Positions 1 to 8,450 are shown, counted from the first letter of the stretch. The stretch: DNA of 11,371 nt from Candidatus Krumholzibacteriia bacterium (GCA_036478295.1 JAZGDW010000312.1:1-11371), one strand, 5' to 3'. Program-made: numbers and translations. The notes: generated by a model from the letters alone, not told the origin.

Positions 1-240
1 ATGCGGGTGGCAGCGAACGGGCGCCCGGCCGCGCGCAGCTTGCGAGCACGGACGGGCTGTTCGCTGACAGGACCCGCATCGGGCCGCGGCGTGATCCTCG
101 CTCGTTCCCGCGATGGGACCGTCGCCAATCCGACGAGGCACCACCGCGCAGCTGACCGACGTGGAGCGTGGGTCCGGAGGTGGATCAACCCACCGCGCTC
201 GCGGTCTGCCCATCCCACCATGCGATCTATAATATAGTAG

Positions 241-271
241 AAAACGGAGTGGAATTCTTCCACTCCGTTTT
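241..271. terminator. Intrinsic terminator downstream of gdhA, probably bidirectional
   Basis: Perfect 14-bp inverted repeat aaaacggagtggaa (241-254) / ttccactccgtttt (258-271) around a ttc loop. It lies about 25 nt past the gdhA stop and has T-runs after the GC stem on both strands. Confidence 0.85.
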
Positions 272-296
272 TCTATTTACCCGCTTTTCGGCTGCG

Positions 297-1658
297 TTAG
301 ACGACGCCCTGGTCCATCATGGCATCAGCTACCTTGATGAAGCCCGCGATGTTCGCCCCGTTCACGTAATTCCCCGGGTTCCCAAACCGCTCGGCGGCCT
401 CCACGCACGATGAATGGATGTCTTTCATGATGCGGCGGAGTTTCTCGTCCACTTCTTCCCGCGACCAGCTGATCCGCATGCTGTTCTGGGCCATTTCCAG
501 ACCGGAGACCGCCACACCACCGGCGTTGGCCGCTTTGGCCGGTCCGTACAGGATAGCCTTTTCGAGGAAGAGATTGACGGCGTCCGCCGTCGACGGCATG
601 TTGGCCCCCTCCGACACCACGAAGACGCCGTTCTTGATCAGGTTGCGCGCGTCCTTTTCGTTGATCTCGTTCTGGGTGGCTGAGGGAAACGCGCACTCCG
701 CGCTGTGATCCCACAGCGGGTTGTAGTTCAACGACGGATCGACCGGCACGTAGGTCGCGCTCTTGAACTCCTCGACGTACTCTTGGATGCGGCCCCGGCG
801 GTTATTCTTGAGATCCATCACGAACTCGAGCTTTTTCGTGCCGATCCCCTCCGGGTCGTGAATGTAGCCCGACGAGTCGGAAAGGGTAATCGGTTTCGCG
901 CCGAACTCGAGCAGTTTCTCCGCGGTGTACTGCGCGACGTTCCCCGACCCGGATACGAGACACGACTTGCCTTTGAGATCGTCACCACGGGTCGCGAGCA
1001 TCTCGGCAGCAAAGTAGACAGCGCCGTACCCGGTCGCCTCGGGACGTATCAGCGAGCCTCCCCAGTTGAGACCCTTTCCAGTGAGGACACCCGTGAACTC
1101 GTTTCGGAGTCGTTTGTACTGCCCGAATAAAAACCCGATCTCGCGGCCGCCGACGCCGATATCGCCCGCGGGGATGTCATTGTTGGGACCGATGTGCCGG
1201 CAGAGTTCGGTCATAAAACTCTGGCAAAACCGCATGACTTCCGCGTCGCTCTTGCCCTTCGGATCGAAATTGGAACCACCCTTGCCTCCACCCATGGGCA
1301 GCGTCGTGAGGCTGTTCTTGAAAACCTGCTCGAACGCGAGAAACTTGAGGATACTCAGATTCACCGACGCGTGAAAACGCAGCCCGCCCTTGTAAGGGCC
1401 TATTGCGCTGTTCATCTCGATACGGTAACCGCGGTTGACGTGGATCTCTCCATTGTCATCCGTCCACGGCACGCGGAACATGATGCCCCGTTCCGGTTCG
1501 ACGATGCGCTCGAGGATCCTGGCATTCCGGTACTCGGGATGGCGGTCGATCACGATCGCGAGTGATTCAACGACCTCCTGAACCGCCTGCTGAAATTCCG
1601 TTTCACCGGGATTATTCGCCTTGACTTCACCCATGAAGTCTTCTACATACGCTGACAT
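297..1658 (-). CDS. gdhA: NADP-specific glutamate dehydrogenase (453 aa)
   Basis: Glu/Leu/Phe/Val dehydrogenase motifs GPYKGGLRFH, KFLAFEQVFKNSLT, MGGGKGGSNFDPKG, PAGDIGVG, RPEATGYG, nucleotide-binding GSGNVA (GxGxxA, typical of the NADP GdhA clade) and NAGGVAVSGLEM. Start moved from 1796 to ATG 1658 (MSAYVEDF): purine-rich GGGAGGAAGG lies upstream (1667-1676), and the longer ORF starts at the TTG of the predicted -35 box. Confidence 0.95.
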   Translation of the reverse strand: MSAYVEDFMGEVKANNPGETEFQQAVQEVVESLAIVIDRHPEYRNARILERIVEPERGIMFRVPWTDDNGEIHVNRGYRIEMNSAIGPYKGGLRFHASVNLSILKFLAFEQVFKNSLTTLPMGGGKGGSNFDPKGKSDAEVMRFCQSFMTELCRHIGPNNDIPAGDIGVGGREIGFLFGQYKRLRNEFTGVLTGKGLNWGGSLIRPEATGYGAVYFAAEMLATRGDDLKGKSCLVSGSGNVAQYTAEKLLEFGAKPITLSDSSGYIHDPEGIGTKKLEFVMDLKNNRRGRIQEYVEEFKSATYVPVDPSLNYNPLWDHSAECAFPSATQNEINEKDARNLIKNGVFVVSEGANMPSTADAVNLFLEKAILYGPAKAANAGGVAVSGLEMAQNSMRISWSREEVDEKLRRIMKDIHSSCVEAAERFGNPGNYVNGANIAGFIKVADAMMDQGVV

Positions 1659-1766
1659 TCTTCTTACCTTCCTCCCATGCATCGAGACGCGCCGGTCCGC
1701 CGTGTGATTTATCTCGCTGTCCTGCGGTTCGGTTCGAATCCGGCACATTCTCGCGTAAGTCAGGCC

Positions 1767-1796
1767 AGTGTAGCCACTGCCTCCGACCCCTGTCAA
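1767..1796 (-). promoter_or_regulatory. Sigma70-type promoter of gdhA
   Basis: Minus strand: TTGACA (1796-1791), 18-nt spacer, TACACT (1772-1767), about 110 nt upstream of the ATG. Confidence 0.65.
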
Positions 1797-1842
1797 CCGC
1801 TAGCGCATCAATCTCTTGGACGTCGTGCGCGCGTGATTCCGA

Positions 1843-1872
1843 TTGAAAATCACCCCGCGGGCGTGGCATCAT
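1843..1872 (+). promoter_or_regulatory. Candidate sigma70-type promoter of the S9 peptidase, divergent from gdhA
   Basis: TTGAAA (1843-1848), 18-nt spacer, CATCAT (1867-1872) preceded by TGn (extended -10 pattern). SD AAGGAG at 1905-1910. Confidence 0.4.
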
Positions 1873-1917
1873 CGAGCACCACAGCCAGTTCGAAACCAAC
1901 CCCCAAGGAGTCTTCAC

Positions 1918-4038
1918 ATGAGAGCAAAACGCGTAAAGCGCCCCGTGCTGAGTTGGGTCTCAGTTGTGGCCGTCCTGCTTGTGGCGGCGATGCCCCAAGC
2001 CGGCGAAGCGTCCGGCGTCATGACGGCCGGCGATATCTTCAAGGTCAAACGTGCCGCGGAGGCAAGAATCAGCCCCGACGGAGCGTGGATCGCCTACACG
2101 GTCCGCCGGACGAGAAGCGCCCAGGAAAAGGCCGGATCCGACTACCGGGAGCTCCACGTCGTCTCCGTCCGGAGCGGCGAGTCGCGACCGTTCGTGACCG
2201 GCGAGGTGAGCGTCACCTCCCCGCGGTGGAGCCCGGACGGATCGCACATCGCATTCCGCATGAAAAGGGGGGAGAAATCGAAGACCCAGGTATGGACGAT
2301 CCCCGCGGACGGCGGCGAGGCGGTCCAGGTGACGGATTCGAAGAGTAGCGTCCTGAGTTTTCGCTGGCGCCCCGGTGGCACGAGCCTCGCGTACGTAGCA
2401 ACGACACCGCCGACCGCCCGGGAAAAGAAACTCAAGAAAAAGGGCTACGGCTTCACCTACTACGAAGAGAACCTCAAACACCGCAACCTCTATACCGTGG
2501 CCGTCGACCCGTCCGGCTCCCCCGGCGAGGCGGAACAGATAACGCGGGGAATTGCGATCTGGACCTTCGAGTTCAATCCCGACGGCACCGCCATCGCGGC
2601 AGGGGCCAGTGAGAAGAACCTCATCGATCACCGGTACGCTTTTCAGAAAATCCATATCATCGACCCGGCGACCGGCAACGCCAGGCGTCTGACGAACAAC
2701 CCGGGCAAGCTCGGCAACTTCGCGTTCAGCCCGGACGGCAAGCGGCTTGCCTACGTGGCGGGGCGGGACCAGCGGGATCACAACGCCAGCCACGCCTATG
2801 TGATAGAGGTCTCGGGCGGCGAGGCGGTGGACTTGACGCCGGCGGATTTTCGGGGCCACATCAACTGGGTCGGCTGGAAGGACAAGGCCACGGTCCTCTA
2901 CCGCGCCGGCGAGGGCGTGTGGAACACGTATAATGTGGTGAAGACCAAGGGTGGAGAGCGCAAGACGATTCTCCGTTCCAGGGAATCCGGCGTCATATTC
3001 AGCACACCGACCTACACAAAGGATTTCAAGCATTTCGCCATGCTCGGCACGTCTCCCGATACACCCAGTAACGTGTACCACTGGACCCCGGGCCGCCCCT
3101 TGAAACGGCTGACAGAACTCAACCCGTGGCTCGGCGAGCGGGACCTCGGCCGCCAGCAAGTCATCCGCTACAAGGCCCGTGATGGGTTGGAAATAGAGGG
3201 CCTGCTCTACTATCCCGTCGGTTACCGCGCGGGACAAAGCTATCCCCTGGTCGTCATCGTCCACGGCGGTCCCGAGTCCCACTACTCGAACGGCTGGAAC
3301 GTGCGCTATTCGAGTCCCACTCAGGTACTGGCCGGCAAGGGCTATGCGGTTTTCCTGCCCAACTACCGGTCCAGTACCGGTTACGGTGTGGATTTCACCT
3401 CGGATCACCTGGGGGATGCGGCGGGCAAGGAATTCGATGACATCGCCGACGCCATCGACCACCTGGTGGACATCGGCGTTGCCGACCGCGACCGCGTGGG
3501 TCTCGGCGGTGGTTCGTACGGTGGCTACGCGGCGGCCTGGTTTTCGTCGTACTACACGAAGTATGTCCGCGCGGTCTGCATGTTCGTGGGGATAAGCAAC
3601 CTGGTGAGCAAACGCGGCACGACGGATATTCCGTACGAGGAGCTGTTCGTGCACTCCGGCAAGACGCTCGACGAGATGTGGCAAGTCAGCCTCGAGCGCA
3701 GCCCGATCTACCACGCGCACCAGAGCCGCACGGCCGTCTTGATCTACGGCGGCTCCGCCGACACGCGGGTGAACCCGTCGCAGAGCCTCGAGTACTACCG
3801 TCGGCTCAAGATGAACAACCACCCGGCCGTGCGCTACGTACGCTATCCCGGCGAGAGACACGGCAACGCCAAGCAACCGGGCAAAATCGACGTTTTGCAC
3901 CGCACGCTGCAGTGGTACGACTGGTACGTGAAGGACGCCAGGCCGCTGGACGGCGACATGCCGCCCCTCGACATCAGCGACAGCTACGGCATCGACCTCG
4001 GTGCCGAAGAGAGCGGCGACGTCACGCTGGGTGAATAA
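1918..4038 (+). CDS. Secreted S9 family serine peptidase (prolyl oligopeptidase / acylaminoacyl-peptidase-like, 706 aa)
   Basis: ATG 1918 with AAGGAG 7 nt upstream. Basic and hydrophobic signal peptide (MRAKRVKRPVLSWVSVVAVLLVAA...). Beta-propeller repeats (ISPDG, WSPDG, FNPDG, FSPDG). Alpha/beta-hydrolase domain with YPLVVIVHGGP, PNYRSSTGYG, nucleophile GGSYGG, Asp in ADTRV and His in GERHG. Confidence 0.93.
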   Translation: MRAKRVKRPVLSWVSVVAVLLVAAMPQAGEASGVMTAGDIFKVKRAAEARISPDGAWIAYTVRRTRSAQEKAGSDYRELHVVSVRSGESRPFVTGEVSVTSPRWSPDGSHIAFRMKRGEKSKTQVWTIPADGGEAVQVTDSKSSVLSFRWRPGGTSLAYVATTPPTAREKKLKKKGYGFTYYEENLKHRNLYTVAVDPSGSPGEAEQITRGIAIWTFEFNPDGTAIAAGASEKNLIDHRYAFQKIHIIDPATGNARRLTNNPGKLGNFAFSPDGKRLAYVAGRDQRDHNASHAYVIEVSGGEAVDLTPADFRGHINWVGWKDKATVLYRAGEGVWNTYNVVKTKGGERKTILRSRESGVIFSTPTYTKDFKHFAMLGTSPDTPSNVYHWTPGRPLKRLTELNPWLGERDLGRQQVIRYKARDGLEIEGLLYYPVGYRAGQSYPLVVIVHGGPESHYSNGWNVRYSSPTQVLAGKGYAVFLPNYRSSTGYGVDFTSDHLGDAAGKEFDDIADAIDHLVDIGVADRDRVGLGGGSYGGYAAAWFSSYYTKYVRAVCMFVGISNLVSKRGTTDIPYEELFVHSGKTLDEMWQVSLERSPIYHAHQSRTAVLIYGGSADTRVNPSQSLEYYRRLKMNNHPAVRYVRYPGERHGNAKQPGKIDVLHRTLQWYDWYVKDARPLDGDMPPLDISDSYGIDLGAEESGDVTLGE

Positions 4039-4077
4039 TCCCCTTCCGGGGCAACTGACGGGGGAATGGGGTGGAGG

Positions 4078-6213
4078 TTATTCGGTGACCACGTAGGCGA
4101 CACCGTCGAGGACACAGGTCACGTGACTACCCAGCGACAGGAACTTCGCGAGCTCCGGGTGGTCGTCCAGCAGCTTGAAGTAAGCGTCGCTCAGGAATTC
4201 GACGTCGACCGTTTTCATGTTTTCCTTGTATTCGGAGTCCAGCCAACGCTCGGCGTCGAGGTAAAAGGTCCTGCCGCCGATAAACCGCACGGCTTCATTG
4301 CCGCGGTTGTCTACGACATCCTTCTTTTTCTCGGCGGCCAGATCCTGGCTGAGTCCGACCGACAGCTTGCCCGTTACGGACTTGAACGCTTCTCCGGCAC
4401 GCTCGGCCATCGGCGCCGGCGCATCGAAGACGGACAGCGGCCTCGTCCGCGTCAACCGGCCCGCCCGCTCCTCTTCGAGGATCAGGTAGGACGTATACGG
4501 GGTTACGATTCCGTGCTCGGTGGCCAGGGCGATTACCTCATCCACCAGCTCCTGGTCGTGTCCGTTTCCGCGTATTTCTTCCAGCAGAAAGGCCACCTTG
4601 CGCGTCGCCCAGATGCGCGGTATGAACTCGCCGGCGCCGTCGCGCCTGCCGGTTCTCTTCTTGAACCTCGCCTCGTACGTGAATATCTTTTTCTTCCCGT
4701 CCACATACCCCTCGAGCTCGATCAGAGGCGTTCCACTGCCGGTGTAGCGACCGAAAACGACCAACTGGCTGCCGTCGAAAAGGTCCGGCAACTCCCTGGG
4801 AAAGACGTCGAAAATCTTGACCCTGCCGAAGTCGAGCGAAATGTCTGACAGAACGGGCTGGCTGACCTTTGCATAGAAGCTCGACACCGACACTTCGATG
4901 TTCTCCTCGGGTCCGACGTAGGACACCGTCCCGTGGTTGCCGAACGCCAGCCGGTCCAGCAGCCGCGTGTTGACGTCGTAACCGACACCGAACACGAACA
5001 GGCGGGCGTTGCCCTTGTTGCTCCTGCCGACATTGTCGAGAATGGTGGGCACGTCGGTCTCGCCGACGGTGGGCTGGCCGTCCGTCAGGAAAATCAGCTG
5101 GCAAAGACGTCTCGAACCCCGCATATCGAGGGCGCTCCCGAGAGCCGCGTTGATGTCCGTGCCGCCGCGTGCGTTTATGTCGTCGACGAACTGCATCGCG
5201 TCCCGGACGTTCGCGCGGGAGGCCGCCGTCAGACGACCGTCGAAACGGGTCACGGCGGAGGCGAAGGTAACGATACCGAAGCGGTCGTCGTCCCCCAGGT
5301 TACGCAGGCAATAGCCGAGCGCCTCCTTGGCCTGTTCGATCTTGTCGCCGCGCATCGACCCCGATCGGTCGATGACAAAGATGACATCCTTCGCGATGGC
5401 GCGGTCCCGCCGCGATAGCTTGCCCGGCGAAAGAAGCGCCATGAAATAGCCGTCGTCGCCCCGCCTGCGGTGAGTGACGAGGCTCAAACCGACATCCTCT
5501 TTGGAGACGGTGTAGTACATGACGAAATCCGGCGCGCGGCCGCGGGCTCCACCTTCGTAGCTGCACGTGGCGTTGCGGCCGTCGATCTCCCGCTCGATAT
5601 CGTACGTGGGGCTGTAGAGGCTCTTGATCGGCACGTCCGATTCGATTTCGATGTCGATGGAGAAGTCCGAAGTGGTCTGTAGCGCGCCTGCATGGGAGTG
5701 TAGCGGGTAGCGATAGGAGACGAGTCCCCCGTCGTACGACAACATCTCACTGTAGACGATTTCGATCCTCACTTCGCCGCGCGCCGGCACCGGATACACC
5801 CGCGCCCGGAATAAATCGTGCTCGAGGTATTCGAGCAAACCGGGATCCTTCAAGCGTCGCACGATGTCCTCGTAAATCTTGCGGGCGCGTCTGGCATCCA
5901 GTAGCTCGCCAGTCACCTTTCTGCCGTTCATCCACATGGAGAAATCGGTGATCGATGCGCCCTTGGGAAGTGGAAAGAGGTACGTCGCTTCGAGATCACG
6001 CTGGCTCGAGTTTTCGAAAACCTGGTTTACGGTCGTAACACCGACCTGGCGGTCAATGCGCACGTCGACGCGATGACTCTGTACGGAGATCGGCGTCCGG
6101 TATTCCCGGTGGTGGGTACGCGATTCATCGATCAGGATGCCCTGCGCGCTTACGGACGCGGCACAGCAAAGCAGGATTGTAGTTGAAATTACTATGTAGT
6201 TAATATTTCGCAT
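4078..6213 (-). CDS. Secreted VIT (vault/inter-alpha-trypsin) + von Willebrand A domain protein
   Basis: VIT signature (VNQVFEN..LEATYLFPLPKGASITDFSMWMNG..ARKIYEDIVRRLKDPGLLE..FRARVYPVP). vWA domain with MIDAS residues DRSGS, GGTDI and LTDG, plus a C-terminal ITIH-like region (LATEHGIVTPYTSYL). Start placed at ATG 6213 because a signal peptide follows (MRNINYIVISTTILLCCAASVSA-QG); ATG 6243 is an alternative. Confidence 0.9.
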   Translation of the reverse strand: MRNINYIVISTTILLCCAASVSAQGILIDESRTHHREYRTPISVQSHRVDVRIDRQVGVTTVNQVFENSSQRDLEATYLFPLPKGASITDFSMWMNGRKVTGELLDARRARKIYEDIVRRLKDPGLLEYLEHDLFRARVYPVPARGEVRIEIVYSEMLSYDGGLVSYRYPLHSHAGALQTTSDFSIDIEIESDVPIKSLYSPTYDIEREIDGRNATCSYEGGARGRAPDFVMYYTVSKEDVGLSLVTHRRRGDDGYFMALLSPGKLSRRDRAIAKDVIFVIDRSGSMRGDKIEQAKEALGYCLRNLGDDDRFGIVTFASAVTRFDGRLTAASRANVRDAMQFVDDINARGGTDINAALGSALDMRGSRRLCQLIFLTDGQPTVGETDVPTILDNVGRSNKGNARLFVFGVGYDVNTRLLDRLAFGNHGTVSYVGPEENIEVSVSSFYAKVSQPVLSDISLDFGRVKIFDVFPRELPDLFDGSQLVVFGRYTGSGTPLIELEGYVDGKKKIFTYEARFKKRTGRRDGAGEFIPRIWATRKVAFLLEEIRGNGHDQELVDEVIALATEHGIVTPYTSYLILEEERAGRLTRTRPLSVFDAPAPMAERAGEAFKSVTGKLSVGLSQDLAAEKKKDVVDNRGNEAVRFIGGRTFYLDAERWLDSEYKENMKTVDVEFLSDAYFKLLDDHPELAKFLSLGSHVTCVLDGVAYVVTE

Positions 6214-6225
6214 GCTGGAAATATA

Positions 6226-6250
6226 TACATCCGCCGCCCGCATTGGTTCC
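6226..6250 (-). promoter_or_regulatory. Candidate ECF sigma factor promoter of the VIT-vWA gene
   Basis: Minus strand: GGAAC (6250-6246), 16-nt spacer, TGTA (6229-6226) continuing into TATATTT. This resembles the AAC-N16-CGT(A) ECF pattern. ATG 6213 follows 12 nt later with no SD. Confidence 0.45.
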
Positions 6251-6285
6251 CCCGCGGCGACGATTCCCCGCTTTGTCCGGTATGA

Positions 6286-6320
6286 CAAAACGGTACCGCG
6301 CCTGGAGCGGGTACCGTTTG
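6286..6320 (-). terminator. Probable intrinsic terminator after pepD
   Basis: Inverted repeat aaacggtacc (6288-6297) / ggtaccgttt (6310-6319). On the minus strand the stem ends in GTTTTGT, about 60 nt after the pepD stop. Confidence 0.55.
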
Positions 6321-6376
6321 ATTGTGGGGGAGGGTTCCTCATGACGGCGGCTTCGCCGTTGTCGTTTCCACGATCC

Positions 6377-7828
6377 TCAGGACAGCGCCTTTATGAGCGC
6401 GGCGAGGAGCGACCAGAACTTCCCCACCGAGGGGATGTTTATTTTCTCGTCGGGCGAGTGTGGATGCTCGATGTGCGGGCCGAAGGAAATCATGTCGAGC
6501 CCGGGGAATTTCTCCCCGATGATTCCGCACTCGAGACCGGCGTGGATGGCCAGTGCCTGCGGCTCCTCTCCCAGGGTTTCCTTGTGAACCTTTCTGGTAA
6601 TCTGAAGCAGCTCGGAATCGAGGTTCGGCTTCCACCCCGGGTACGGAGCCTCCTCTTGCACTTCGGCGCCGGCCAGCTCGCCGGCGCTGCGGATAACGTC
6701 CCGGATCGACTGTAGTGCGCTGTTTATCGAACTGCGCGATGAGGTGCCGATGACCACGTCGGCGTCGGAGGTGGCCACGCTGGCCAGGTTGTTCGAACTC
6801 TCAACCAGATCGGGTATGTCGTAGCTCATCGCCGTTACGCCGTGCGGAATCGTCCTCAACAGGTTGAGGAGTCGCAGTTGCGACGATTCGGCCATCGGGT
6901 CGCCGGGCGACTCTTTCAGACGCTCGACCCCGAATTCCAGTCCCTTCTCCCTACCGCCTAATTCTCCGGCGATGCTTGACTCGAGTTCGGAAACCCAGCG
7001 CGTGAGGTCATCCACCTGGCCGTCCGCCACGAACACCTCCGCCGTGGCCTCGCGCGGGATGGCGTTGCGCTTGTTGCCTCCCCGTAGGCCACACAACGCC
7101 ACGTTGTACTTGCGATCCGCTTCCCACAGAATGCGCGCCAGTATCTTGATGGCGTTTCCCCGCTGCTCTGGAATATCCAGCCCCGAGTGACCGCCGCGGA
7201 GTCCACCGACCGCGATCCGAATGGGGCTCGTGCCGGCGCGCCCGCCCGCCCGGTCGACGGGCAGCGTCAACGTGGAATCACCGCCGCCCGCACAGCCTAT
7301 GAACACCGCCCCCAGTTCCTCGCTGTCCAGGTTGAGCAGGTACTTGGCCTGCACGAAACCAGGCTCGAGCTTGCCCGCTCCCGTCAACCCGACTTCCTCA
7401 TCCACCGTAAAGAGAAGCTCCAGCGGTCCGTGCACGACACTGTCATCGTCGGCGGTAGCAAGCGCCGCGGCGACGCCCACGCCGTTGTCGGCGCCGAGCG
7501 TGGTCCCATTGGCCGTCAGCCAGTCACCGTCGATTTGAAGTTGAATCGGATCCTTCGAGAAGTCGTGTTCTACGTCCGAGTTCTTCTCACAAACCATATC
7601 GAGGTGACTCTGCAGGGCGACGATCGCTGCGTCTTCATGACCCTTGGTGGCGGGCACGCGAACCACCACGTTGCCCGTATCGTCGCAGTCGGCCTCGTAG
7701 CCGCGCTCCTTGGCGTACGCAAGAACGTACTGCCGGGCCTGCTCTTCGTTTCCCGAACAACGGGGTATCTGTCTTATGCGATCGAAGTGTTTCCAAAGGT
7801 TCTTCGGCTCGTAGTCTGTAATCTGCAT
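6377..7828 (-). CDS. pepD: Aminoacyl-histidine (Xaa-His) dipeptidase, peptidase M20C
   Basis: PepD motifs IPRCSGNE, LQSHLDMVCEK, GTTLGADNG, FTVDEEVG, LNLDSEE, GLRGGHSG, GGNKRNAIPREA, YPGWKP, IHAGLECG and HSPDE. 483 aa, GGAGG SD upstream, no signal peptide. Confidence 0.95.
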   Translation of the reverse strand: MQITDYEPKNLWKHFDRIRQIPRCSGNEEQARQYVLAYAKERGYEADCDDTGNVVVRVPATKGHEDAAIVALQSHLDMVCEKNSDVEHDFSKDPIQLQIDGDWLTANGTTLGADNGVGVAAALATADDDSVVHGPLELLFTVDEEVGLTGAGKLEPGFVQAKYLLNLDSEELGAVFIGCAGGGDSTLTLPVDRAGGRAGTSPIRIAVGGLRGGHSGLDIPEQRGNAIKILARILWEADRKYNVALCGLRGGNKRNAIPREATAEVFVADGQVDDLTRWVSELESSIAGELGGREKGLEFGVERLKESPGDPMAESSQLRLLNLLRTIPHGVTAMSYDIPDLVESSNNLASVATSDADVVIGTSSRSSINSALQSIRDVIRSAGELAGAEVQEEAPYPGWKPNLDSELLQITRKVHKETLGEEPQALAIHAGLECGIIGEKFPGLDMISFGPHIEHPHSPDEKINIPSVGKFWSLLAALIKALS

Positions 7829-7923
7829 CGGTTTGCGACCTCCAATAGGTGTGTTCTCCGGCCAGCCGGAAATGAGCCATTTGCGGCGAGCGGGTTGAGT
7901 TCTTGTTCCACTTTACCCCCGCG

Positions 7924-8100
7924 TCAGAACGGATCGGGCACGTCTTCGAACACCTGCTCTACGATCACCTGCACGTTCAACCACGCCGTCCAGTCAAAAT
8001 CCAGGCGATCGACGGCGCTCGGGTTGGGATTCACGTCGCCGTTTTGTACGGTGAATACCAGGATCGGATTCTGTCCCTCGATGAAATCCTGCAGCGCGCC
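7924..8100 (-). pseudogene. Start-less C-terminal gene fragment of unknown product (GALQDFIEGQNPILVFTVQNGDVNPNPSAVDRLDFDWTAWLNVQVIVEQVFEDVPDPF*)
   Basis: Manual translation of the minus strand from 8100 to the TGA at 7926-7924. Third codon positions are strongly G/C and the composition is protein-like and beta-rich. Upstream of about 8105 the same frame reads as non-protein-like (PAAAGGCLRRRSEQRP). Not in the ORF track. Confidence 0.6.
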
Positions 8101-8288
8101 GCGGAATGGTATAGGCCGCTGTTCAGATCGGCGCCGAAGGCATCCACCAGCGGCTGCAGGAAACCGATGGCATTCGGCCCCGTGTAGGCGGACAGCTGGT
8201 TGCCGATCTGGGCGCCGGCCGGACAGGCCAACACCAGCACCAGTAACGCGAGCCCCGAGCCCCGGAGAAAGCGGACGAAAACGGGTAT
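8101..8288 (-). pseudogene. N-terminal fragment of an exported protein, DUF6588-like
   Basis: SD AAGGAG (8300-8295), then 6 nt, then ATA (8288-8286) in the start position. A signal peptide follows (PVFVRFLRGSGLALLVLVLACPAGA-Q), then QLSAYTGPNAIGFLQPLVDAFGADLNSGLYHSA, which resembles the DUF6588 N-terminus from memory. The frame then degenerates and stops at 8031. Confidence 0.6.
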
Positions 8289-8421
8289 AGCGATCTCCTT
8301 ATTAATAACCAAGAGCGACAAGTACGCAGTGATATTTGCGCGGTGGTCTTACCCCGCGAAGCCGCCGGGAGCGGCTGCATGCCGGTACCCGAGTTGCGTG
8401 CCGGTGGCTTGGAAAGCTGCG

Positions 8422-8450
8422 ATGATACTACGGAGGGAATGACTTGTAAA
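8422..8450 (-). promoter_or_regulatory. Near-consensus sigma70 promoter upstream of the broken locus
   Basis: Minus strand: TTTACA (8450-8445), 17-nt spacer, TATCAT (8427-8422). Each box has one mismatch to consensus, within GC-rich DNA. Confidence 0.65.

Noticed and set aside
1..237. 78-aa plus-strand ORF
   Set aside because: Arg/Ala/Pro-rich with no recognisable domain, and it starts at the window edge.
1659..1917. N-terminal extensions of gdhA (to 1796) and of the S9 peptidase (from 1843)
   Set aside because: Both TTG starts coincide with predicted -35 boxes, and the downstream ATGs have SD sequences.
1960..3900. 646-aa antisense ORF overlapping the S9 peptidase
   Set aside because: Shadow ORF expected from GC-biased codon usage on the opposite strand. 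It has no motifs, SD or signal.
4039..4077. C-run/G-run hairpin between the convergent S9 and VIT-vWA genes
   Set aside because: Short imperfect stem with no U-tract, so it cannot be supported as a terminator.
7187..8290. 367-aa plus-strand ORF and nested 7903-8187 ORF
   Set aside because: Antisense to pepD and to the gene fragments. The coding signal is on the minus strand.
8031..8321. 96-aa ORF taken as an intact small protein
   Set aside because: The TTG start lacks an SD, and the tail after LYHSA is out-of-frame sequence. A pseudogene fragment explains it better.
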